20,778 bases of DNA from Octopus sinensis (GCF_006345805.1 NW_021823840.1:1-20778); one strand, 5' to 3'; counted from the stretch's first letter, positions 1 through 9,774 are shown. Numbers and translations: made by a program. Notes: generated by a model not told the origin, from the letters alone.

Positions 1-45
1 GCAATTCCACATTTATGTGCCTCTTCTAAGAATCATATTAATAAT

Positions 46-268
46 CCTTTCTACTATAGGCACAAGGCCTGAAATTTGGGGAAGGGGTTAGTCGATTACA
101 TCGACCCCAGTTACTCAACTGGTACTCGACTGGTACTTATTTTATCGACCCCGAAAGGATGAAAGGCAAAGTTGACCGCAGCGAAATTTGAAATCAGAAC
201 GTAGTAACGGGCTAAATACCACTAAATATTTCGTCCAGCGTGTTAACGATTCTCCCAGACCGCCGCTT
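46..268 (-). mobile_element. tRNA-derived SINE, family A, near full length
   Basis: Reverse complement gives A-box-like head, degenerate B box (GATTTCAAATTTC vs GAGTTCAAATTCC in the 8845 copy), central GCCTTTCATCCTTTCGGGGTCGATAAAATAAGTACCAGT module and CCTTGTGCCTA tail; same sequence recurs at 8845-9057, 11585-11745, 18589-19408. Confidence 0.9.
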
Positions 269-269
269 T

Positions 270-270
270 G

Positions 271-333
<63 letters not shown>

Positions 334-372
334 TAATAACTATAATAACAACAACAACAACAACAACAACAA
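270..372. repeat. Compound microsatellite (AAT)n-(AAC)n
   Basis: Direct reading. Confidence 0.97.
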
Positions 373-472
373 CGTTTTCATTATTTGTTCAGTTATTTAT
401 TATTTTGATAACGGCAGACTAATTAGCAAAATGGCGGTAATTAAAAAATGTCAGGCTTCTGAAATTGTTGAG

Positions 473-492
473 TGAAAATTCTAGAACATTCT
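473..492. promoter_or_regulatory. Candidate heat shock element, four perfect alternating nGAAn/nTTCn units
   Basis: tGAAa aTTCt aGAAc aTTCt matches the HSF consensus; no target gene visible. Confidence 0.4.
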
Positions 493-644
493 TGCAATGT
501 TGGAATGGGTTTTCTCCGGCGGAAGACCAAAGTCATCTGTTTCGAATGTCAGAATGTCCCGTGTCATACATGGAAAACTCATTTGTCTCCAGAATGTCAA
601 AGAAGAGATTTGCTTTCCAAATACATAATTAAATAAATAAATAA

Positions 645-859
645 ACTACCACCACCACCACCAACTACTACTATTACTACTACCATTGCTGCTGTTACAA
701 CTACTAATAGCAACAGCAGCAGTAGCAGCAGCAGCAGCAGCTGTAGTAGTAGTAGTAGTAGTAGTAGAGTAGTAGTAGTAGTACAATCATTGCTATTATT
801 CCGATCACTACAATCTGAATTACCATCACTATTTCTGTTAGTGTTATTCGTTTTTGTTT

Positions 860-904
<45 letters not shown>

Positions 905-932
905 AAGTAGTAGTAGTAGCAGCAGCAGCAGC
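645..932. repeat. Compound triplet repeats (ACC)/(ACT)/(AGC)/(AGT)
   Basis: Direct reading. Confidence 0.95.
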
Positions 933-1020
933 AATGTCAATGTTAATATTATTATTAATACAATTTTTCTTTTGTCACAAGGGATTAGGACACAGTGGTA
1001 ATGAAAATAATAACAATAAT

Positions 1021-1282
1021 TAGTAGAAGAAGAAGAAGAAGAAGAAGAAGAAGAAGAAGAAGAAAAAGAAGAAGAAGAAGAAAAGAAGAAGAAGAAGAAG
1101 AAGAAGAAGAAGAAGAAGAAGAAGAAGAAGAAAAAGAAGAAGAAGAAGAAGAAGGAGGAGGAGGAGAAGAAGAAGTTGATAAATGATGATCATGATCATC
1201 ATCAATGTCATCATCATCATTATTATCATCATCATCAGGCTGGGCATCTTTACGAAGATCGACATTGACAACAACAACAACA
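1021..1282. repeat. (AAG)n tract (about 160 bp) followed by (ATC)n and (AAC)n
   Basis: Direct reading; source of the poly-R/E and poly-F/L ORFs. Confidence 0.97.
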
Positions 1283-1680
1283 CCAACAATAAAACACGAG
1301 AAGAAAGAAAGAAAGGAAGAAAGAAAGAAAAAGGAAGAAAGGAAAATAATGATGTTTTGTTTATTGCCACCGAGACCTTGACTGTGGGACTGGAATAATA
1401 TTAATAATAAAAGATAAAATCACGCACACACAAAATGGAAAACGAAAACGAGAAACTAAAACGAGAAAGAATGCCAAACATGACTATTATGTGTTCGAAG
1501 AAATTCCATGGAATAAATTAGCGAAACTGGAAACGAAAAAGAAAAATATTTGAGAACTAAAGAAATAACACAAATATAATAAAAAGAAAACATCTACGAA
1601 AATATTTTAAGATCCGAAGTATGGTGAGCACAACATAATTGAGAAGCAAAAATATTGGCTAGAGGCTTATTATATAGATA

Positions 1681-2172
1681 CAACACACACACACACATTC
1701 ACACACACACACACACACACGTACACACACACACACACACATTCACACACACACGTACACATACACACACACACACATTTTGAATGATTGGAGCCCTGGG
1801 CCACCAAAGAAGTTTTGTATGTTTGTATGTATGCAGTGTATGCATAGATGTGTGTGTGTGTTGTATGCGTGTGTATGTGTGTGTGTGTGTGCATGTGTGT
1901 GTGTGTCTGTGCGTGTGTGTACACTTACCATATTTACCTATGAAAGAATGTTAATATGGTGTTTCCAAGATATTTAATACTTAAATATCATTCCTTTTTT
2001 TATCTACACAATGCGAATGCAAATTTCAGTAGATTTCGCAGAAACAGACAGACAGACACACACACACACACACACACACATGATACATGCACACACGCGG
2101 CACATGTGCAGGCACATACAAACATGCATGCACACACACACACACAAGCACACATACACACGGACATGCACA
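1681..2172. repeat. (CA)n, (TG)n and (CA)n microsatellite blocks
   Basis: CA 1681-1777, TG 1848-1920, CA 2044-2172, with short unique spacers. Confidence 0.95.
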
Positions 2173-2387
2173 CAAGTAGACACGATTCCAAAGACATATA
2201 CGCATACACGGTATTTCGGCCTCTATAGAGATGACAGGCTGACATTCTTTCACTGTATGAAGTACAAATTTAGGAAAAGATTAATGTTTATATTTAAAGC
2301 AACAGTGAACAAAACAGGGCACAAAAATGCAATATGGTAACAAGAAAATAATTTATCAGTATTTTGCTTTTTATCATTTACTCGTTT

Positions 2388-2465
2388 CAGCCATTAGATT
2401 GCACCCGTCTAAAGCACCGCTTCAAAGGTTTTAGTGGGACAACACGACCCCAATGCTCATTTTTT
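2388..2465 (-). mobile_element. Degenerate 3' fragment of SINE family B
   Basis: TTTACTCGTTTCAGCCATT...AAGCACCGC...CGACCCCA resembles the reverse-strand 3' end of family B (cf. 13337-13486). Confidence 0.6.
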
Positions 2466-2492
2466 AAAAAATTTGCTACTTCTTGTATCACG

Positions 2493-2746
2493 TGGAGGCG
2501 CGTGGCTTAGTGGTTAGGGTGTCAGCATCATGATCGTAAGATTGTAGTTTCGATTCCTGGACCGGGCGACGCGTTGTGTTCTTGAGCAAAACACTTCATT
2601 TTCACGTTGCTCCATCCACTCAGCTGGCAAAAATGAGTAATCCTGCGACGGAGCGGCGTCCCGTCCAGGTGGGGAAATTCTACGCCACCGAAACCGGGAA
2701 ACCGGCCCTTATGAGCCTGGCATGGCTCGAGAAGGAACATTTATTA
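2493..2746 (+). mobile_element. tRNA(Arg)-like CORE-SINE, family C (OR-like), first copy of a tandem pair
   Basis: A box TGGCTTAGTGG, B-box-like GTTTCGATTCC, CORE-like TGTGTTCTTGAGCAAAACACTT...CAGCTGGCAAAAATGAG, then CTGCGACGGAGCGGCGTCCCGTCCAG tail. Confidence 0.88.
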
Positions 2747-2747
2747 G

Positions 2748-3007
2748 TGGAGGCGCGTGGCTTAGTGGTTAGGATGTCGGCATCATGATCGTAAGATTGT
2801 GGTTTCGATTCCTGGACCGGGCGACGCGTTGTGTTCTTGAGTAAGACACTTCATTTCACGTTGCTCCAGTCCACTCAGCTGGCAAAAAGGAGTAACGCTG
2901 CGATGAACTGGCGTCCTGTCCAGCTGGGGAGCACATACGCCATAGAAACCCGAAAACCGGGCCCGTGAGTCTGGCTAGGATTTAAAGGGGCGCATTTATT
3001 TTATTTT
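2748..3007 (+). mobile_element. tRNA(Arg)-like CORE-SINE, family C, second copy of the tandem pair
   Basis: Head nearly identical to 2493; diverged tail ending (TTTAT)n. Confidence 0.88.
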
Positions 3008-3019
3008 AATTATTATACC

Positions 3020-3240
3020 GCTTTCTTGCCAAAATGTTGCATAAACAAACTAACACCGGTTGTGAAGTGGCTGTAGGGAACAAATACAACAGAAACACAA
3101 AGACACATGTACACACACACACACTCACACACACGCACACACACGGTAGGCTTCTTTCAATTTCTTTCGACCTAATCCACTCAGAGAACTTTGGAGCTAA
3201 AGCGGAAGACCTTCGCCAAAAGTGCCGCACAGTTAAGCAT
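3020..3240 (-). mobile_element. Degenerate SINE family B with internal (CA)n
   Basis: ACACCGGTTGTGAAG...AACAAA-(CA)n-GGCTTCTTTCAATTTC...AATCCACTCA...AAGTGCCGCACAGT mirrors family B in reverse. Confidence 0.75.
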
Positions 3241-3404
3241 CATTGGAAGAATATAAAATGTTTCTACATGATGCGTTGTAAATAAATGGTAAGAAAGATT
3301 ATTGGAATGTGTGATATGAAGCGCACAATTTTATAGAACTTGTAAATACTGATCATCTATGCGAAAACCTTTTAATTTTTGCATGAGTGTATCATATAAT
3401 GGGA

Positions 3405-3786
3405 TGGAGGCGCAATGGCCCAGTGGTTAGGGCAGCGGACTCGCGGTCATAGGATCGCGGTTTCGATTCCCAGACCGGGCGCTGTGAGTGTTTATTGAGC
3501 GAAAACACCTAAAGCTCCACGAGGCTCTGGCAGGGGATGGTGGTGATCCCTGCTGTACTCTTTCACCACAAATTTCTCTCACTCTTTCTTCCTGTTTCTG
3601 TTTGTACTGTATTCAAGGGCCGGCCTTGTCACTCTCTGTGTCACGCTGAATATCCCCGAGAACTACGTTAAAGGTACACGTGTCTGTGGAGTGCTCAGCC
3701 ACTTACACGTTAATTTCACGAGCAGGCTGTTCCGTTGATTTGGATCAACCGGAAACCTCATCGTCGTAACCGACGGAGTGCTTCCA
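3405..3786 (+). mobile_element. tRNA(Arg)-like SINE (OR-like, second head type) flanked by 12-bp TSD
   Basis: Head GGAGGCGCAATGGCCCAGTGG...GTTTCGATTCC; direct repeat CATATAATGGGA at 3393-3404 and 3787-3798. Confidence 0.88.
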
Positions 3787-3794
3787 CATATAAT

Positions 3795-4090
3795 GGGAGG
3801 CGCAATGGTCCAGTGGTTAGGGCAGCAGACTCGCGGTCGGAGGATCGCGGTTTCGATCCCCAGACCGGTCGTTGTGTGTGTTTATTGAGCGAAAACAACT
3901 AAAAGCTCCATGACCCCTGTTGTACTCTTTTACCACAACTTTCTCTCACTCTCTCTTCCTGTTCTTTGAGTAATGCTGCGATGGACTGGCGTCCCGTCCA
4001 GCTGCGGTGGGGGGGGACACATACGCCACAGAAACCGGGAAACCGGGCACATGAGCCTGGCTAGGCTTGAAAAGGGCGACGTTTATCGTT
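3795..4090 (+). mobile_element. tRNA(Arg)-like SINE, chimeric: head as 3405 copy, tail as 2748 copy
   Basis: 5' part matches 3405; from about 3966 GAGTAATGCTGCGATGGACTGGCGTCCCGTCCAGCTG...GAGCCTGGCTAGG matches 2890-2990. Confidence 0.85.
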
Positions 4091-4239
4091 TTTATCGTAT
4101 CATATAATACATCGAGAAATTTCCTGTCGATGATACAAACGTTTCCCTACTGGCCACAAATATCTTACATATATTTATGAAGAATAATGTGAATTTTAGT
4201 TATAGCTGCAAGGAAAGCAACACTAGGTAAATATCTTAA

Positions 4240-4430
4240 CAATAACCAAACGTCAGTTCTATATTTCAGAGATGAGGAATTATGTACATTATTTACATTC
4301 GACGGATATTTGTCCTCATCTTGTTTATTGATAACACAACGAGGGTATATCAGCCGAAACGTTGTGTTAACAACAAACAAGATGAGGACCAATATATGTC
4401 GAATGTAAATAATGTAAATAATGTAAATAA
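4240..4430. mobile_element. Probable Penelope-like element terminus in inverted (fold-back) arrangement
   Basis: 57-bp arms 4285-4341 and 4360-4416 (5 mismatches); loop plus arm contains CAGCC-GAAAC-GTT, the 3' half of a PLE-type hammerhead; (AATGTAAAT)3 tail. PLE attribution is from motif recognition. Confidence 0.65.
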
Positions 4431-4469
4431 CCAAACATGTTGAAAAAATAGAAGGTAAAGAGAGGACAA

Positions 4470-4633
4470 AGGCCTCCTTCAGTCACAAATGACCATGGGA
4501 TTGTACCTAGAAAGTTCCCCTTCAAAGCACACGCCCAAGCAACATTGTTTGTAGAAGGCCAGTAGTCACCCATGCACATCAGTCTCTCCTATACACACCA
4601 CCGGTTTTGTCCAAGGGAAAAAGCAAAGGCCAT
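4470..4633 (-). mobile_element. 3' fragment of family C SINE (tail type also at 20650-20738)
   Basis: Reverse complement GGCCTTTGCTTTTTCCCTTGGACAAAACC...CTGGCCTTCTACAAACAA aligns with GACCTTTGCATTTCCCTTGGATAACATC...CTGGTCTTCTATAAACAA at the window end. Confidence 0.75.
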
Positions 4634-5263
4634 TAACGACAATATGAGACTTCGAAAGGCACTTGCACCCGCGAACCAAGATAAAATTTGGGATTTGCGG
4701 AGGGTCAAAGTTGGTAACAAAAACAGGACAGTGGAGACATACAACAAATCAAACGAAAACAAACATGGAGGGCCATTAGACCAGACCAGAGGTAAGGTAA
4801 CAAACGATGGAGGAATATTGTATTTGACAAGAGAAAAGATAGAGGAGGAAACTAGATAAGAAGGCGTCTGGTTTGTATAACAGACTGACGGGAAAGAAAG
4901 ATGATCACGTGAGGAAAAGCAAGATGGACGATGATCACGTGTGAGCAACGAGAGAAAGTAAAAAGGAAAAAGAGGGAGAGAGAGAAAGACAAAGACATAT
5001 AGAAAACGGTGAAGGGGGAAAAAAGAATTACAAAAAGGATGAGAGAGAAAAAGACGAGAGGAGAAGAAGGGGAGAAAAAGAATTAGAGAAAAGAAGAGAG
5101 AGAAAACGAAATGGGGAGAGAGAAAACAGTACAGGGTAGAGTCGCATCAAAATTATTCAGATAAACATACTTGGAAGTGGATGCGTGGCGTTCAATCATA
5201 TAATGATATAAATAAAATGTGTGTGTGTCTGTGTATATATATACAAACATATTTATGTGTCTA

Positions 5264-5349
5264 TATATGCATATATGGGTACAGGACGTCACAAAAGGCA
5301 AACAACATGAAATACGCTTTGTGATATCCTGTACCCATATATGCATATA
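5264..5349. repeat. Fold-back inverted repeat, 32-bp arms, 22-nt loop
   Basis: TATATGCATATATGGGTACAGGACGTCACAAA (5264-5295) vs TTTGTGATATCCTGTACCCATATATGCATATA (5318-5349); one mismatch and one G:T. Confidence 0.92.
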
Positions 5350-5352
5350 AAT

Positions 5353-5406
<54 letters not shown>

Positions 5407-5473
5407 ATATCGTTATTATTAGAAACAGAGAAATAGATACATACATACAATACATGCAGGTAGACAGATAGAC

Positions 5474-5543
<70 letters not shown>

Positions 5544-5566
5544 GGAGAGATGATAGATAGATAGAT

Positions 5567-5597
<31 letters not shown>

Positions 5598-5830
5598 TGT
5601 GTGTGTTTGTGTGTGTACTTTCGTATTCATTTCCGAATTTGTATATCACTTATATCGTTTCATATCGAATTATCATATCTAATCATATTTGCATGCTTAC
5701 ACAATAATTCCTTCGCCCCTTTGTATATACACATACACAGAAGTATGCACGTATGTATGTATGTATGTATGTATGTATGTATGTATGCATGTATGTACGT
5801 ATGTTTGCATGTATATATGCATGTACTTAT
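5350..5830. repeat. (TA)n, (GATA)n, (GA)n, (TATG)n microsatellite blocks
   Basis: Direct reading. Confidence 0.92.
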
Positions 5831-6619
5831 CTCCTGATAGCTTTTCAAACTTCAATTTTTGATACTGACAGACTTACACACACAAACACAGACACATACA
5901 TTGCTTTTTCCTATCCATCTCAGTCACTCTTGCACAAACACACTAACACATAACAACACACATATAACCACACACACAAGCACAAACACGCACAAATAAA
6001 CTCCTACATAAATACAAACTCATTTAGCACAAGAAAATGAAAAAAAAAAGCAAGAAGAAAAGAAAAAAAATGTCTCTAGCTCTGGGTTAACAATAACAAG
6101 CCACATCTCATTTTTACACTATTTGGCAGACGATAAACCTTTTTTCCACAAAGCCCCTGCAACGATAATAGCGAACAAGTAACATATTTACCCATGATTC
6201 ATAGCTGTCGCTCTGAATAATGGCGGTATTTAATAAACCAGTGTTGAGAGTTGCTTGACAGATTTACGGCTGTACAGGACATTAACAATCTCCCATTCAA
6301 TCAGCTTTGACCCCCTAATAGTCAGTCACCCTTTCCCTTTGCGCCCCACCTTATTTAAGACCCCAAAACGCTTAGTTTATATATGTATGTATGTATGTAT
6401 GTATATATATATATATATATGCATACATACATATATATTTGAACCGTAAATTCCAGGTCGTAAAAGAAGTTATTTGGTGAGTTTTCTCTAAATTGTTCTA
6501 AACGCTTCGTGGGCTTTTTTTCTAAATCTTCATTTATACATATATTTATTTATACATTTATACATATATTTATTTATTCATATATTTGTACGTTCTTTCA
6601 CCATTATCGAGGTTTATGA

Positions 6620-6687
6620 TCACCGTTGTCATCATCAACAGCATCACCGTCATCATAATCGGTGTCAACATCATCATCATCACCATT

Positions 6688-6723
<36 letters not shown>

Positions 6724-6724
6724 G

Positions 6725-6775
<51 letters not shown>

Positions 6776-6790
6776 AGATCCGCATCGTTA
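6620..6790. repeat. (CAT)n microsatellite
   Basis: Direct reading. Confidence 0.96.
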
Positions 6791-6863
6791 TTATTACTGC
6801 TGTTAATATCGTTGTTTCTCTGAACTTTTAATTATTGCTTTAATACTATTTCAAGTTTACGTA

Positions 6864-7063
6864 CATATGCGTCTTGGTGCATGCATGTACGCATGTATGT
6901 ATGTATGTATCTGTGTATGTATGTATGTATGTATGTACCTATGTATGTATGTATGTATGCATGTATGTATGTATGTATGTACCTATGTATGCATGTATGT
7001 ATGTATGTATGTATGTACCTATGTATGTATGTATGTATGTATGTATGTATGTATGTATGTATG

Positions 7064-7097
<34 letters not shown>

Positions 7098-7205
7098 TGT
7101 ATGTATGTATGTATGTATGTATGTATGTATATATGTATGTATGTATTTATGTATGTATGTATGTATGTATGTATGTATGTATGTATGTATGCGTATGTAT
7201 GCGTG
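6864..7205. repeat. (TATG)n tetranucleotide array, about 340 bp, with recurring TACC and TGCA variants
   Basis: Direct reading; explains the MYVC/IHTY ORFs. Confidence 0.97.
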
Positions 7206-7739
7206 GGGTTTTTTTCTGCTTGTTTGCGCATTAAGGAGTTCTACACGAATTTGCACGAGTGAACATGTATTCGAGACTGTATGTATGCATATGTACCTAT
7301 GTCCGTGAACGAACGAACGTGCGTACATACATATATCGGTATACATATATAAGCATAGTCACACACACAGACACACACATGCACACACACACACACGCAC
7401 GCACACACACACACACACACATATATATACATGTAGATTGTATGATAAATGAAGTCCGATAGATTCCTTGACAAGATTTCAGTTGCTCTCTGTTCTTATA
7501 ATTGTGTTTACCGCCACAAGTATGTATGTGCGAATTTATATAGTTGTGTGCGTTAGTGTGTAAACAAATATGTGTGTGTATGTAAATTTGGATGGATGGA
7601 TGGATGGTTCGGTTTATCGATTCAGATTAACGACGTCAAACCTCAAATAAAGGATATATATATACATATATATATATATCTCCATATATGCATACATACA
7701 TTATATCATATATTATATGTATATATAATATATAAATAC

Positions 7740-7772
<33 letters not shown>

Positions 7773-7775
<3 letters not shown>

Positions 7776-8124
7776 CCACATGATTCCGTGTTCAGTCCCA
7801 CTGCGTGGCATCTTGGACAAGTGTCTTCTACTATAGCCTCAGGCCGACCAACTCCTTGTGAGTGGATTTGGTATACAGAAACTGAAAGTAGCCCGTCGTA
7901 TATATATGTAAATATGTATATGTACCTGTGTCTGTGTTTGCACACCGCACCATCGCTTGACAACCGATGACTTTGTGTTTACGTCTCCGTAACTTAGCGG
8001 TTCAGCCAAAGTGTTCGATAGAATAAGTACTAGGCTTACAAAGAATAAGTCTTGGGGTCGATTTGTTCCACTAAAGTCGATGCAACAGCATGGCCGCTAT
8101 CAAATGACTGAAGCAAGTAAAAAA
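7773..8124 (+). mobile_element. SINE family B, 5'-truncated, internal (TA)n
   Basis: GTTCAGTCCCACTGCGTGGCATCTTGGACAAGTG (B box plus CORE-like start) to CAAATGACTGAAGCAAGTAAAA. Confidence 0.9.
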
Positions 8125-8246
8125 TATTTTTATATATTATAAATGTATAATATATATATATGTATATATTATAAATGTATAATATATATATAATATAATA
8201 TATATAATATATATTATATAATATATATATATATTATAAATATATC

Positions 8247-8278
<32 letters not shown>

Positions 8279-8433
8279 TATATAAAAAATTAAATAAGGT
8301 AGAATTGATATTAATCAATTAAATCCAATGGCTTAGCATATTTTTTAAATCCTACGATTTCAGATTATATATATATACACGAGTAATACAAACACATATA
8401 CAAATACATACAGACACATATATACAACCCCGC

Positions 8434-8473
<40 letters not shown>

Positions 8474-8844
8474 TCACACACACACGCACACGCACTACTA
8501 CTTCACCATCTGTAATGATCTACTCTGGCAATGTAAAAGCGGAGAAACAAACATGGTTTTTTATTATCACTCCACCCTTCCATATCTAATTCCCGTTGAT
8601 TTGTAGTCGCGCTGCCCGCTGTTGCCCGCCTTCTCTCCTTGTAAATTCTAAATTCCCCGCCTTTTTCTCCCTCCTTCATCGCTCTCGGATCATCATCCCC
8701 TTGCCACCCATTCCCACACCACGAAAACCCTCGTCTCCTACTTACTAACTGATTCATAATATAGCGTTGGTAGTGATAGAGTGATGGGGACGCTATTAGT
8801 GAGGAGAGATTAGATCTATTTGTACGAAGAGTGTTTCATAATAT

Positions 8845-9057
8845 TCTTTTCTTCTCTAGGCACAAGGCCCGAAATTTTGGGGGAGGGGGCAGTCAATTAG
8901 ATCGACCTAGTACGCGACTGGTACTTAATTTATCGACCCCGAAAGGATGAAAGGCAAAGTCGACCTCGGCGGAATTTGAACTCAGAACGTAGCGGCAGAC
9001 GAAATACCGCTAAGTATTTCACCCGGCATGCTAACGTTTCTGCCAGCTCTCTGACAC
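8845..9057 (-). mobile_element. SINE family A, well preserved, with 15-bp TSD
   Basis: AGTGTTTCATAATAT at 8830-8844 and 9058-9072; intact B box (plus strand GGAATTTGAACTC). Confidence 0.93.
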
Positions 9058-9192
9058 AGTGTTTCATAATATGCGTTGAATAACACAGTTGTCTGGTTCA
9101 TATCTATTGTGTACAGTAATACTTGAGGACAATGTTTACTCTCCTTCTTTCGATAGAATTAACCAACATAAACTCTAGGTCATCCATTTGTC

Positions 9193-9490
9193 CCTTTACT
9201 AGTTTCAGTCACTGGACTGTGGTCATGCTGGAGCACCACCTTGAACATATATATATATTATCTTTTATATATAAACTTTTACTTGTTTCAGTCATTCGAC
9301 TGGGGCCATGCTGGGGCATCGCCTTCGGAAGTTTTAATTGAATAAATCGACCAACAAATACTTTTTCGTTTAAGTCTCGTACATATTTTATCGATATCGT
9401 TTGCCGGACCGCTATGTTACGGGTTCGTAAACACACCAACACCAGTTGACAAGCGGTGATGGGGAACAAACACAGACTCAAAGACACACA
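9193..9490 (-). mobile_element. Two adjacent 3' fragments of SINE family B
   Basis: TTTCAGTCA...CATGCTGG motif at about 9203 and about 9286; second copy extends to AACAAACACAGAC then (CA)n. Confidence 0.8.
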
Positions 9491-9507
9491 CGCGCGCGCG
9501 CGAACAC

Positions 9508-9549
<42 letters not shown>

Positions 9550-9774
9550 CAATGATTTCTTTTGTCTCTGTCTCAATTTCATTGGAGCTCTTCTTTTTTG
9601 AAGTCCTACATATCTCTTTTTCTTTGTTTTGGTTTCCAACGGAATTTATATATATATATATATATATACATATATAAAATTTCCGTTTTTTTTTATGGAA
9701 TATATAATTTCCGTTTTATTATGCCCAAAAGATATATAGGACTGCGAAAAGGAAATGTTCAAATGAAATATTTT

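Noticed and set aside
240-2340. ORFs with poly-N/T/L/V/R/E/F and HT/CV repeats (e.g. 995-1186, 1020-1370, 2011-2340)
   Set aside because: They are translations of microsatellites; no splice context or non-repetitive domain.
3405-3480. tRNA-Arg-like gene (also at 2493, 2748, 3795, 20500)
   Set aside because: Acceptor stem does not close and the sequence continues into SINE body; these are SINE heads, not tRNA genes.
4572-4859. 95-aa ORF and a GTAAGG donor-like site at 4792
   Set aside because: First part lies in an antisense SINE tail; no recognisable domain and no polypyrimidine acceptor upstream.
6867-7346. Long MYVC/IHTY ORFs on both strands
   Set aside because: Pure (TATG)n artefact.
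8503-8757. 84-aa minus-strand ORF in unique sequence
   Set aside because: No similarity I can recognise; composition reflects a pyrimidine-rich plus strand. The island could be regulatory but shows no motif cluster I can defend.
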